A stretch of DNA of 64,000 nt from Chiloscyllium plagiosum. Its lineage: Eukaryota. Both the position numbers and the translations under genes were made by a program. The notes beneath the pieces are model-generated. The model was not told where the DNA came from. It was given only the letters and a program-made list of their open reading frames with translations, and did not search any database. Below are positions 1-12,036 of this stretch, piece after piece (position 1 is the first letter of the stretch; every line of letters starts with the position of its first letter). The stretch is from assembly GCF_004010195.1 (NCBI RefSeq), contig NC_057719.1, positions 9,711,112-9,775,111 on the forward strand, given 5' to 3'.

Positions 1-1356
1 TATCTCCTTATGTTCTACGGAGGTCCCTTCGCCAGAAAAGTAGGCAATAAGGAAATGTTGAAATCTGCGCAAAGACTTCACTGTAACTGAAATCTGGACT
101 TTGTGTGTCCACATATCTTCCATTGATTTGGTTTTTGTATCTGATTGAGAACAGAATACTCTTAGGTTTCAGAGTCAACTTGGCTTTATTCGCAAGGCAA
201 CTACCAATGACCAATCTTGTCTTACCTTTAGCTTAAAAGTAAATGAGAAATGCAAAGTCTAGGTGCCTAAACTGGCAGACTTGAATTGCTACTCCCAATT
301 TACACTTGACATCAACAGGAAGCATTCAGTTTATGTCGCACAGTGATCACTAGATAGCATAACCACTATAATGGATACAATGATGAAGGAAAGCTTTGAT
401 AGGATTAAACATTGACTGACGGTACTGGGACTCATTGAAAATTAGTAGGTTCAGTAAGACTCCTCTTCTGGGGTGGGCCAGAGGAGCAACAACATCTGCA
501 TCATAAAACAATGTTAATTTCTTTTCTACTTTCTTCCCCCATTAGAAAATCAGTACAGACCTTGATTTTGTTTCGTCTTTCAAAAGTGCATCCTTTTTTT
601 TTGTGAAATGTCCAAAATAATCCAATATGTTTTTCACAATATCAACACTTATTTGCAGCGTTGAAAAGGGTGAGGTTGAACCGTGAATTTGTATTTTAAA
701 GAATGATGGGTCCATCTATTTGCCTAAACACATCAACACTGACCTTTCCAGCCTGATCAAATAATTAATTAACATTCTCAAAGGGGAGAGTCACTTTGTC
801 CCCAAAGCTCTCACGAGCACATTTTTAAATTTGAAACTTTAATTTTTCCTTTATCATATGAAGCAAATGGAAATCATAAGAATTATGCAAATATATCTCT
901 AATTACCAGCTTCCTTGCACTGGAATTTAGAATTCAGAATTAGGTTTATTAGAATTAGATTTACTGTCACATGTACTCAAGTACAGAGTACAGTGAAAAG
1001 TTTACAAAAGCCAAATTTCAGAACAAATGGTGTTAGTGAACATGCGAACTATGTTTTACCTCTCATCAACATGTTCAAGGAAGTCATTGCACACCTCTGG
1101 AGCTGAGGAGGGATGGGAAATTGAACACTGGGACTTACGGTCCAGAGGTAGGGACATTACTGCTGCACCTCAAGAGGACCGTCTCAGTGGAGATTTGAAG
1201 CAGCTGTTACAACAACAACAAAAAAAAAGCTGATGCACAATTGAACTCTCCTTCGATGTCCACTCTGGTTGAATTGTTTTGATGTGGAGAGCAGATATTG
1301 AGGTTCCAAATTTTGTTGGGGGAGGGGTGGTCGGATTTTGTGTGAGGAAGTGACAC

Positions 1357-1497
1357 GAGGGAAGGCGCTCAAGGTGAGGTAATGCGAGCCAGCTGCAGGT
1401 TAGGTTAGTGCACTCTGTTCTCAGGGCTGTTTGCCAAGCGGGCCGCAGGCTTCAGGCCTTTGAAGGGTTGATAGCCATCTTTTGACTGATGACTCAT
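1357..1497. repeat. Copy A of a ~140-bp direct repeat
   Basis: gagggaagg...ggttaggttagtgcactctgttctcagggctgtttgccaagcggg...gatagccatcttttgact recurs at 4418-4562. Confidence 0.9.
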
Positions 1498-2087
1498 GAA
1501 GCAATTTGGAAAACAAAAATTCAAGCGACAACTTAAAAGAAGCAATTACGTTTTATAAAACTACAAAATTTTACTCAAATGAAGAACGAACACCACTATC
1601 AAAAAACACGCACATTTACAAAATATTCCTTAAAACAGTTTCATATACGTATGAAACCCACCTGAGTAGGTCACAGCTCTTTCTTTTAAAAGAAGGAATT
1701 GTTATGGGAGCCCCATTACATTTGAGTGATTTCACCACGTCTCTGTAAGTATTTTACTAAAGAGTAGCTGTGACCTACTTGGCAGTGCTGACAGATATGG
1801 TTGCAAAAAACATGGTAGTTGCTCAAAAGATGGTCCATTTAAACATGGATTTCAAATCCAACATTTCATAGTCATCTCATATTGGAGAATAATTCCATGC
1901 ACGCTTTGCACAATACTCAAACGACTGACTAATTAACTTTTACTGTTGTCGCGAAGTAGGTGCAGGATAAATTAAGATCAAGTATTTACTGCACCGAAAT
2001 AATTGTGGGTAGTTTCACAACCGCGAGGAAAACAAGGACACAAGAGACGAGCTGGGTTCAGCCACACGGCGTGACGTCATACAATAC

Positions 2088-2291
2088 CTAAGTTGACTGT
2101 CAGCTTTACACGGCCTCCGTCCAGTTCCAAGCGCAGTGTATCTGCTGAGTCCCTCGAGGTCGTAGCCACGAGCAAGCCGTAAGCTCGCTGGGACATGAAT
2201 CGGAGAGAGACATCTTCAGCTTCCGTGTGCATTACCCAGGGCATGACTATCTTCAGGTACATGCTGCCATCGTAGCTCAGGATGGATGCCT
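2088..2291 (-). CDS. nrxn3: Alpha-neurexin coding exon (start of LNS4, immediately 5' of splice site 3), most likely neurexin-3
   Basis: Translates (E)[67 protein letters not shown]. Acceptor tctctgcAG (2293-2292) and donor GTattg (2087-2086); 204 bp, phase 1-1. [19 protein letters not shown] and LDGGRV fit NRXN3 better than NRXN1/2 as I recall those sequences. Confidence 0.9.
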
Positions 2292-2430
2292 CTGCAGAGA
2301 CAGAAATGAAAATGGCTTTCAGTTAACGTAATTGGGCTTCCCCCCATCTGAGGGGATGTCAATTTCTTGTCTTTCAAGCTAAAAGAATTTACAATTTTTT
2401 AAACAAAAAGGTACTCCCCACTGTAGTGAT

Positions 2431-3248
2431 TGTAACAAGGTCAGCAGGGAAGACCTTATAGAATATGAGTTCCCTGAAGAGAGTTTATAGTCTTAGGGTA
2501 AGGAGCAGCAAATTTAAAACAGAGTTGAGGAGAAACTGCTTCTCCCACAGGGTTTTAAATCTGTGGAATTCACTACCCCAAATTGTGACGGATGCTGGGA
2601 CAGTGAGTAAATTTAAGGAGGAGTTAGACAGATTTTTAGTTGGGAATGGGTTGAAGGGTTATGGAGAGAAGACAGGAAAATGAAGGTGAGGAGCATATCA
2701 ATGATCGAATGGAGGAGCAGATGTGATGGGCTGAATAGCCTAATTCTGCTCCTATATCTTATAAACTTATGATTGGGGCTGTTAATCTGGTCCAATCAGC
2801 GAGCCCTATCTGACAGATATAAACAGGAATGTAGGTGGGTAGGGGCGGGCTGCCTTAGAATGATCAGAAGGTGGGAGGGGTGTGGGCTTGCTGGGTCTGT
2901 ATTGTCTGCACTTTTGTGTGTAACAGTATTGTCTAATGTACAAATGTCATTGTCACTGTCTTGTCATATGTGGAACTGGGATTTGAGGTTTGTCCTCATC
3001 TCCCTGTAAAGTGGTTGAATGGTAGGGTTTGGGGCCTAGCTTTGCTGCTCCTCTCCCTTGTAAAATTGCTGTCTCTTGTGTACAGCTGTAAATGTTTTTT
3101 GTAAACTGTTTTGTAATTTGTTTAATAAAATAAAATAAACAGGAATGTCAGAGCTTCTGTTCACTGAAGAAGGTGAGTCAGTATCATGTATTATGTCTGT
3201 CTAAATAAATGGTGATTTGGTGATGAAATATTTTATGGAGTTATGTCA
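2431..3248 (+). mobile_element. Short solo-LTR-like element, interrupted by a CR1 3' fragment (~2478-2770) and a poly(A)-tailed insert (2833-3134)
   Basis: TGTAA...TCA termini; CCAAT, TATAAA and AATAAA motifs in order; homologous to 21432-22190. Confidence 0.6.
2833..3134 (+). mobile_element. 5'-truncated L1/Tx1-like 3' end
   Basis: GT-rich tail ending aataaaataaa; exact 14-bp TSD ataaacaggaatgt (2819-2832 / 3135-3148). Confidence 0.6.
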
Positions 3249-3659
3249 CCCATGAATGATGTTTCATAGCAGGATGAGATTGCAACACCCAAGAAAAGCT
3301 TATGACCCATGCATGTTTATTCTCCTTTTCACATTCAACGTAACAAGGGAGCATTGTGCGTCTATGGGTTTTTGTTCTGAAAGACTAGACTGCCAGGTGG
3401 CTCATGTCCAAATTCTGCACAACAATCAATGAGGAAGAGGACCAATTTCACAGAGTCCTCTTCCTCACTGATTGTGGTACAGTGGTCTGGGTTGGACCAG
3501 CACGCTGAAGAGGTCAATTACTGTTTATTTTATATTTCAGGTCTATGCAGAGATGATACAAGTTTTAGTGTGTATAAATTATTTGATTCACAGAGCTTTA
3601 AAATATCTGCTCCATGCTGCTACTCTGGCTTCCAATTTTTAAGAAGACAAATGTTACAT

Positions 3660-4235
3660 TAGCCTTCATTGCAAGAAGGCTTGAGTACAGAAGCAAGGAT
3701 CTCTTGCTGCGATTCTACAGGGCTTTGCTGAAATTATATCTGGAGTAGCATGTGCAGTTTTAATCTCCTTATCTAAGAGAAGATGTACTTTCCTTACAGG
3801 GAGTGCAGTGAAAGTTCACTGGACTAATTCCAGTGATGGTAGGTTTGTCGTATGAAGAGAGATTGGGTTGATTGGGCCTGGATTCACTTGAGTTCAGAAG
3901 ACTGAGAGGGCATCTCATTGCAACATATATAATTCTGACATGGCTGCCCAGATTGGACTCAAAGATGATGTGACTACTGGCCCGGAGAGTCCAAGATAAG
4001 GAATCACACTCTCAGGACACAGGATAGAAATGAACAGAATGAAAAGATGAGAAATTTCTTCAGCCTCTGACATTGTCTTTGTGAAGGCAAAATCATTGAA
4101 TATGTTTAAGAAAGAAATAGGTTTCTCGACACTGAAGCTGTTAAGGGATTTGGAAAGAGACCAGGAGTATGGTATTGATACAGAACATCAGCCATGTTGA
4201 AAGGTGGTACAGCCACAATGGGCTGAATGGTCTAT
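3660..4235 (+). mobile_element. Decayed CR1 LINE 3' fragment
   Basis: Similar to the other CR1 3' ends in the window (gagtacagaagcaaggat...tggagtagcatgtgcagttt). Confidence 0.7.
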
Positions 4236-4417
4236 TTCAAAATGAGTCAGTCCGCTCTGACTTTATATGTATCTACAGATGTCTTTACCTTACTCCAAGT
4301 CCACACCCAGACTTAATCAATCAAGCACAGTGGGCATCAATACTGGACAGGTACAAATAAACAAATACAGCATTGTGGTTCTGGTTAGTGTGGTGGTGGG
4401 AGGATTTGAAGCAGTGA

Positions 4418-4562
4418 GAGGGAAGGTGTTCAAGGTGAGGTAATGCGTGCTAGCATCAGGTTAGGTTAGTGCACTCTGTTCTCAGGGCTGTTTGCCAAGC
4501 GGGCTGCAGGCTTCAGGCCTTTGAAGGGTTGATAGCCATCTTTTGACTCAAGAGTGACTCAT
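4418..4562. repeat. Copy B of the ~140-bp direct repeat
   Basis: Near-identical core to 1357-1497, same orientation. Confidence 0.9.
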
Positions 4563-4685
4563 TTTTCAAAAACAATGATGTTGCAAGTTATTTTTCAAAC
4601 GCTTCATGAGTTGAGTGTGATAGAACCACAAACTTTGCTCAAATGAAGGACAATCACAACGGCAAAAATTGCACACAGAAATAAT

Positions 4686-4807
4686 ACACACACACACACG
4701 CTCACACACGCACGCACACACACACGCGCGCGCACACGCACGCGCACGCACGCACACGCACACGCGCACACGCACGCACACGCGCACACACACACACGCA
4801 CACACAC
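4686..4807. repeat. Compound (CA)n/(CG)n microsatellite
   Basis: ~120 bp of alternating purine-pyrimidine sequence. Confidence 0.97.
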
Positions 4808-5829
4808 TTCTGGGTTGAAAATGGAGTCCATTCTTGAACTTGTTCACGAATTGACTTGTTGGAGCATAATGCAAGACAATATAAAATAGCCATAGAATCA
4901 AGAACAAAGAACAAAACAGCACAGAAACAGGCCCTTCAGTCCTCCAAGCCTACACTGTCACATTTCTCCCTTTCATACTAAAATTGCCTAATGCAATTCT
5001 TAATTCTTAAGCACTTAATTAATTATTTAATTAATGCTTCACAGTCAGGGAATGAGAGCTTTTACTGAGTCAGCATGCATAGGTTGGACCAAAGGGCTTG
5101 TTTCCGTGCTGTATAACTCTATTGCTCTAAAGGAAATGTTTGTATGTCAGATCTTTAAAATTACACGCCTTACGTCAGACGTTCGTAAAGAGCAATTTTC
5201 TATATGTGCAATAAAACCCATTGAAGAAGCCACAACAATTACAGTTAGAGGAAAGGGTTATGATAGGAACATAACCACTTCTGAATGATTTCAGCACGTT
5301 TCTAAGCATACATGACAATGATTACATTGCCATTCTGAGGATGATAGAAGTTAGCTGACAATTGAGCCTTGTGGTGGGTGGTGGAGACAGGTTGGGGCCA
5401 GAGGAGGGAATATTGTTGGAAATTTAGTAGACATCAGGGAACACCAAATGGATAAGGTCAGAAGAAGATGAGTGGCCTGCAGCTTCATTATGGAGGTCCC
5501 CTGCTCCTCCAAACTGTGCACAATCAAGAATGTTAATTTTTAATGTTATCTACCAGCAGTACCCTCACGGCCAACACTTTAGCTACCAGATGTGATTTCA
5601 TATTATAGGCTGCAGTTAGTCGTAACCAAATATTCCTCTGAATCTCTTCGAAAATGATAACATGTTGGCTTTAGCCTGGGCATCTCCTGTGTAACTGTTG
5701 TAAAAGACAGCTGGACCAAAAGGATTCACTTAAAAACTACGGAAATGTTCCAACCACAGATATATAAAAGACTGTCTCTGGGAGACGTTAGTCAGTTATT
5801 GTTCACCATGAGCTCTTAAGTTTTGTATC

Positions 5830-6562
5830 GTAATGTGGTCTAGGCCTTGCCACAGGTGGTGCAAGACTGATGGTTGATTTGAGCCTCTAGCTTAGTCTGG
5901 GCACTGCCTCTTGGCATCCCTGATGGCTTTGCGGAGACCTTCTCTGAATTTCCTGTGTTGGTCTGGGCCACCTGACTTGAATGCTGCCTGCCCGGTCTTC
6001 AGTAGGGAGTGGATTTCCAGGTTCATCCAAGGTTTATGGTGGAGGAACACTCGGATTGACTTCTTTGGTGACGGTGTGGTGTACTCATCTGCTGAGTACT
6101 TGGACACGGTCCAGGCCACTGATTCCATGCAGTCCCAGAGATGGTCTTCCACAGCCTCAGACCAGTATTGTACTTCCTTTTATGAAGGCTCCTCCCATTT
6201 CAGCTTCTGCTTGTAAGCTGGGAGGAGGACCACCATGCCGTGATGTGAATTTCCGAAATGTGTGCGGGGGATGGAGAGGGACACCTTCATGAAAGACCAG
6301 GTTGAGATTAAATTCTGATGATGGATGGGGATGACGGTTGTGAATGTTCAGTGGTTCAGAATGTTCGATTCTCTGGTGGGGCAGAGGATGTTTTGGTGCT
6401 AGTTTGGCAGCACCCTCTTCAAGTTGGCCCAGTTGAAGTCACTGTCCACAATGAATATGTCTCCAGAGTGTTTGTACATTTTGTCAGGGCATTCTTCACA
6501 TCTGCATGGGGTGGTATGTAAACTGCTGTCAGGATGGCGGAGGTGAACTCTAGAGGTAGGTC
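5830..6562 (-). mobile_element. Rex1/Babar-like LINE fragment (endonuclease and tether region)
   Basis: ORF 5892-6152 contains KPWMNLEIHSLLK...LRKAIRDAKRQ, homologous to the start of ORF 7934-8755. Confidence 0.7.
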
Positions 6563-6570
6563 ATATTTTT

Positions 6571-6901
6571 TAGATTAGATTAGATTCCCTACAGTGTGGA
6601 AACAGGCCCTTTGGCCCAACATGTCCACACCGACCCTCCAAAGAGCAATCCACCCAGACCCATTTCCCTATATTTACCCCTGACTAATGCACCTAACACT
6701 ACGGACAACTTAGCATGGCCAATTCATCTGACCTGCACATCTTTCGACTGCGGGAGGAAACCGGAGCACCCAGAGGAAACCCACACAGACACGGGGAGAA
6801 TGTGCAAACTCCACACAGACAGTTGCCCAAGGCGGGAATTGAACCTAGGGTCCCTGGCGCTGTGAGGAAGCAGTGCTAACCACTGAGCCACCGTGCCGCC
6901 C
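6571..6901 (-). mobile_element. HE1-type tRNA-derived SINE, full length
   Basis: Minus strand has gggcggcacggtggctcagtggttagc (A box), ggttcaattcc (B box), V-SINE-like core and (aatct)n tail. Confidence 0.9.
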
Positions 6902-7933
6902 AATGAGTGAGTATACTTTGAATATATCTGACTCAGGCATTTTAGAACTGTACATTAGTACACCTTCATGAAAGACCAGGTTGAGATTAAATTTTAAAAA
7001 TTTTAGTGAGGTTTTTTGGTCTGAGAGGAAAAAAAACTAAGAAATCACTACTGTGGAGAAAATTTGATATCTGCATGTAATATTAGCAAAGAGAGACAGG
7101 TGCCAATATAATTTGAGTATTACTAAAATGTTTAATTTTAATTAAGCATTTGCATCAATATTTGAGTAAGTTTTCTAAGTGAAAATGCGCATGAATATCC
7201 AAATCAAGTGATTATAATTTCTAAAATTATGCGTGCCTCAATTTGACTATATTGAATGTTAATGGGTGAATTAAGAGATTCATGAGAGGTGTAGATAGAG
7301 TTAATGGTCGGTGTCTTTTCCCAAGGATGGGGGATTTCAAGACTAGGAGGCACAGCTTTAAGGCGAGAGGAGAAAGATTTTAAAAAAAGACATGAGTGAC
7401 AACTATTTTACACAGAGGGTGGTTTGTGTGTTGATTGAACTTCCTGAGGAAATGACGGATGTGGGTATAATTACAATGTTTAAAAGACATTTGGATAGGT
7501 ACATGAATAGGAAAGGTTTGGAGGGATCTGGGCCAGGAGCATGCAGGTGGGTCTAGTTTAGTTTGGGATTATGTTCGGTATGGGTTGGTTGTATTGAAGG
7601 TTCTGTTTCTGTGCTGTATGACTGTCTTCTAAATTCAAGCAAGTGAAAAGCCTGCTGAGAGTTCCTTTTAAAGATGGAAACTTCTAAGACATTGGGAAGA
7701 GAGATAATTAAAGTAAGACTGCTTATTCTTCAATGCAGCAGCTGGTGAAGGCAGTGAATAGCTGAGCCATAAGTATCAGAAAACTCCCAAGTTGAAGTCA
7801 TGGTCATAGGGATGGCATATCACTGTAAGGCATTCTAGGTGAGGGGAGCAAGGGCTTGTAAAGGTCACAATGCCTGAATACCAGGAGGTATTGATCAGAA
7901 AGCATACCCCATTGCCTTTCACCTTACCCAAGA

Positions 7934-8751
7934 ATGCTGAGGACATTTAAGTTGGATGACCCAGACTTATACAGGAGATCCACATATGACCTCCACAAAG
8001 ATTTCAGGGATGCTAAGAGACAGGACCCAACCAAGTCAGAGGCCCAAACCTACCAACCAGACTCCCACCACTTTTGGCAAGGCCGAAACAACATTACGGG
8101 ATACAAAATGAAGAACAAGATAGTGGACAAACACACATCCCTCCCTGATGCACTCGATGCTTTCTATGCTCCGGATACAGCTGTGCCCACTGACACCACT
8201 GCAAATGTCAGATCAGTCTTCCAGGGAGTCAACCCAAGGAAAGTGATGAGCCCGGTTGGAGTCCCCAGCCAAGCACTTAGATCCTGTGTGGACCAACTGA
8301 CAGAGGCAGTCACCAACATCTTCAACTTCTTCCTTCGACAAGTTGAAGTCTCCAATTGCTTCAAGAAGACCACCATCATCCCAGTACCAAAGAAAGCACA
8401 TGCAACGTGCTTTAATGGCTACCGCCCAGTGGCTCTGACATCTATAATCATGAAGTGCTTTGAGAGGCTGATCACGGCCCAGATCAACTCCAATCTCCCA
8501 GCCTGCCTCAGTCCTCTACAATTAGAGTGCCGATGTAACTGGTCCACAGCAGACACCATAACCATAGCCCTGCACTCATCCCTGAAACATCTGGACAACC
8601 AAGACACCTACCTCAGACTCCTGCTCATTGACTATAGCTCAGCCTTTAACACCATTACTCCCTCCAGATTGATCTCACAACTCGGTCACCTTGGTCTCAG
8701 CGCCACCCTCTGCAACTGGATCCTCAGCTTCATGACCCACAGACCACAATC
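7934..8751 (+). mobile_element. Rex1/Babar-like LINE, 5' part of reverse transcriptase (RT)
   Basis: [30 protein letters not shown] and LLLIDYSSAFNTI motifs; continues at ~12037 after a CR1 insertion. Confidence 0.88.
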
Positions 8752-11700
8752 ATAGAACATAGAGCATAGAACATTACAGTGCAGTACAGGCCCTTCGTCT
8801 CTCGATGTTGCACCGACCTGTCATACCAATCTAAAGCCCATCTAACCTACACTATTCCATGTACGTCCATATGCTTGTCCAATGACGACTTAAATGCACT
8901 TTAAGTTGGCGAATCTACTACTGTTGCAGGCAAAGCATTCCATACCCTTACTACTCAAGTGCGGCCGCACTAGAGTTTTGTACAGCTGTAGCATAACCTC
9001 ATGGTTCCGGAACTCGATTCCTCAATTAATAAAAGCTAAAACACTGTATGCCTTCTTAACAATCCTGTCAACCTGGGTGGCAACTTTCAAGGATCTGTGT
9101 ACCTGGACACCGAGATCTCTCTGCTCATCGACACTACCATTAGCCCAATACTTTGCATTCCGGTTACTCCGATTAAAGTGAATCACCTCACACTTGTCCG
9201 CATTAAACTCCATTTGCCACCTCTCAGCCCAGCTCTGCAGCTTATCTATGTCTCTCTGTAACCTCCAACATCCTTCGTCGCTATCCACAACTCCACTGAC
9301 CTTAGTGTCATCTGTAAATTTACTAACCCATCCTTCTTCGCCCTCATCCAGGTCGTTTATAAAAATGACGAACAGCAGTGGACCCAACACCGACCCTTGC
9401 GGTACACCACTGGTAACTGGACTCCAGGACAAACATTTCCCATCAATCACCACCCTCTGTCTTCTTTCAGCAAGCCAATTACTGATCCAAACTGCTGTAT
9501 CTCCCACAATCCCGTTCTTCCGCATTTTGTACAATAGCCTACTGTGGGGAGCCTTATCAAACGCCTTGCTGAAATCCATACACACCACATCAACTGGTTT
9601 ACTCTCATCTACCTGTTTGGCCACCTTCTCAAAGAACTTAATAAGGTTTGCGAGACACCACCTACCTTTCACAAAACCGTGTTGACTATCCCTAATCAAA
9701 TTATTCTTTTCTGGATGATTATAAATCCTATCTCTTATAATCTTTTCCAACACTTTACCAACAACTGAAGTAAGGCTCATTGGTCTATAATCACCAGGGT
9801 TGTCTCTACTCCCCTTCTTGAACAGGGGAACCACATTTGCTATCCTCCAGTCTTCTGGCATTATTCCTGTAGATAATGACGATTTAAAGATCAATGCCAA
9901 AGACTCGGCAATCTCCTCCCTGGCTTCCCAGAGGATCCTAGGATAAATCCCATCCGGCCCAGGGGACTTATCTATTTTCACACTCTGCAGGATTTCTAAT
10001 ACCTCTTCCTTGTGAACCTCAATCCCACCCAGTCTAGTAGCCTGTATCTCAGTATTCTCCTCGACAACATTGTCGTTTTCTAGAGTGAATAGTGTCGAAA
10101 AATATTCATTTAGTGCTTCCCCTATCTCCTCTGACTCCACACACAACTTCCCACTACTATCCTTGATTGGCCCTAATCTTACTCTCGTCATTCTTTTATT
10201 CCTTAAATACCGATAGAAAGCTTGAGGGTTTACCCTGATCCTATCCGCCAACAACTTCGCATGTCTCCTCCTGCTCTTCTGAGCGCTCTCTTTAGGTCTT
10301 TCCTGGCCACCTTGTAACCCTCAAGCGCCCTAACTGAGCCTTCACATCTCATCCTAACATAAGCCTTCTTCTTCCTCTTGACCAGAGATTCCACTTCCTT
10401 CGTAAACCACGGCTCCCGCGCTCTACAGCTTCCTTCCTGCCTGACAGGTACATGCTTATCTAGGACACTCAGGAGCTTTTCCTTCAATAAGCTCCACATT
10501 TCTAATGTGCCCATCCCCTGCAGTTTCCTTCCCCATCCTATGCTTCCTAAATCTTGCCTAATCGCATCGTAATTGCCTTTCCCCNNNNNNNNNNNNNNNN
10601 NNNNNNNNNNNNNNNNNNNNNNNNNNNNNNNNNNNNNNNNNNNNNNNNNNNNNNNNNNNNNNNNNNNNNNNNNNNNNNNNNNNNNNNNNNNNNNNNNNNN
10701 NNNNNNNNNNNNNNNNNNNNNNNNNNNNNNNNNNNNNNNNNNNNNNNNNNNNNNNNNNNNNNNNNNNNNNNNNNNNNNNNNNNNNNNNNNNNNNNNNNNN
10801 NNNNNNNNNNNNNNNNNNNNNNNNNNNNNNNNNNNNNNNNNNNNNNNNNNNNNNNNNNNNNNNNNNNNNNNNNNNNNNNNNNNNNNNNNNNNNNNNNNNN
10901 NNNNNNNNNNNNNNNNNNNNNNNNNNNNNNNNNNNNNNNNNNNNNNNNNNNNNNNNNNNNNNNNNNNNNNNNNNNNNNNNNNNNNNNNNNNNNNNNNNNN
11001 NNNNNNNNNNNNNNNNNNNNNNNNNNNNNNNNNNNNNNNNNNNNNNNNNNNNNNNNNNNNNNNNNNNNNNNNNNNNNNNNNNNNNNNNNNNNNNNNNNNN
11101 NNNNNNNNNNNNNNNNNNNNNNNNNNNNNNNNNNNNNNNNNNNNNNNNNNNNNNNNNNNNNNNNNNNNNNNNNNNNNNNNNNNNNNNNNNNNNNNNNNNN
11201 NNNNNNNNNNNNNNNNNNNNNNNNNNNNNNNNNNNNNNNNNNNNNNNNNNNNNNNNNNNNNNNNNNNNNNNNNNNNNNNNNNNNNNNNNNNNNNNNNNNN
11301 NNNNNNNNNNNNNNNNNNNNNNNNNNNNNNNNNNNNNNNNNNNNNNNNNNNNNNNNNNNNNNNNNNNNNNNNNNNNNNNNNNNNNNNNNNNNNNNNNNNN
11401 NNNNNNNNNNNNNNNNNNNNNNNNNNNNNNNNNNNNNNNNNNNNNNNNNNNNNNNNNNNNNNNNNNNNNNNNNNNNNNNNNNNNNNNNNNNNNNNNNNNN
11501 NNNNNNNNNNNNNNNNNNNNNNNNNNNNNNNNNNNNNNNNNNNNNNNNNNNNNNNNNNGCAACACACCAACCATGAGTCTCTCTCGTCCCCACAGAACCT
11601 CCTATCTGTCCCCCTAACTATGGAGTCCCCAATGACTACTGCTCTGCTCCTCTTCCCCCTTCCCTTCTGTGCAGCAGGGACAGACTCTGTGCCAGAGCCC

Positions 11701-12036
11701 TGTGCCCCACTGCTTTCTCCTGGTAAGTTGTCCCCCCCAAAAGTATCCAAAATGGTATACTTATTGTTGAGGAGAATGGCCACAGGGGATCTCTGCACTG
11801 CCTGCCGGTTCCCTTCCCATCTCCTGACTGCAACCCATTTGCCTTTTTCATGTACCTGAGGAGTGACTACCCCCCTGTAACTCCTCTCAATAACCCCCTC
11901 TGCCTCCCGAATGATCCGAAGTTCATCCAGCTCTAACTCCAGTTCCCTAACATGGTTTTCGAGGAGCTGGAGTTGAGTGCACTTCCCGCAGATGTAGTCA
12001 GCAGGGACACTAGTGGTGACCCTTATCTGACACATT
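8752..12036 (-). mobile_element. CR1 LINE with ORF1 (CxxC, coiled coil, SGNH-esterase-like) and ORF2 RT, nested in the Rex1/Babar-like LINE
   Basis: 11559-12035 encodes CGKC...ELELELDELR...VVIGDSIVRG. 9022-10254 encodes [40 protein letters not shown]. (ttctatg)n tail at 8750-8772; frameshift near 10260; internal deletion near 8955. Confidence 0.93.
10585..11558. other. Assembly gap (974 N)
   Basis: Run of N inside the CR1 element. Confidence 1.

Noticed and set aside
318..346. Possible SS3 micro-exon (actgtgcgacataaactg on the minus strand)
   Set aside because: No AG acceptor, wrong spacing and an in-frame stop relative to DCIRINCNS. The SS3 exon probably lies outside the window.
2077..2262. 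Stand-alone 61-aa gene
   Set aside because: It is an internal spliced exon; the ORF start and stop are incidental.
4566..4922. Cys/Val/Arg-rich ORFs in three frames
   Set aside because: Translations of the CA/CG microsatellite.
6840..6901. tRNA gene
   Set aside because: The A and B boxes are the head of an HE1 SINE, followed by SINE core and tail. The same applies to the other copies.
10230..12035. 601-aa ORF and the other X-filled ORFs
   Set aside because: Artefacts of reading through the N gap; they join CR1 ORF1 and ORF2 pieces.
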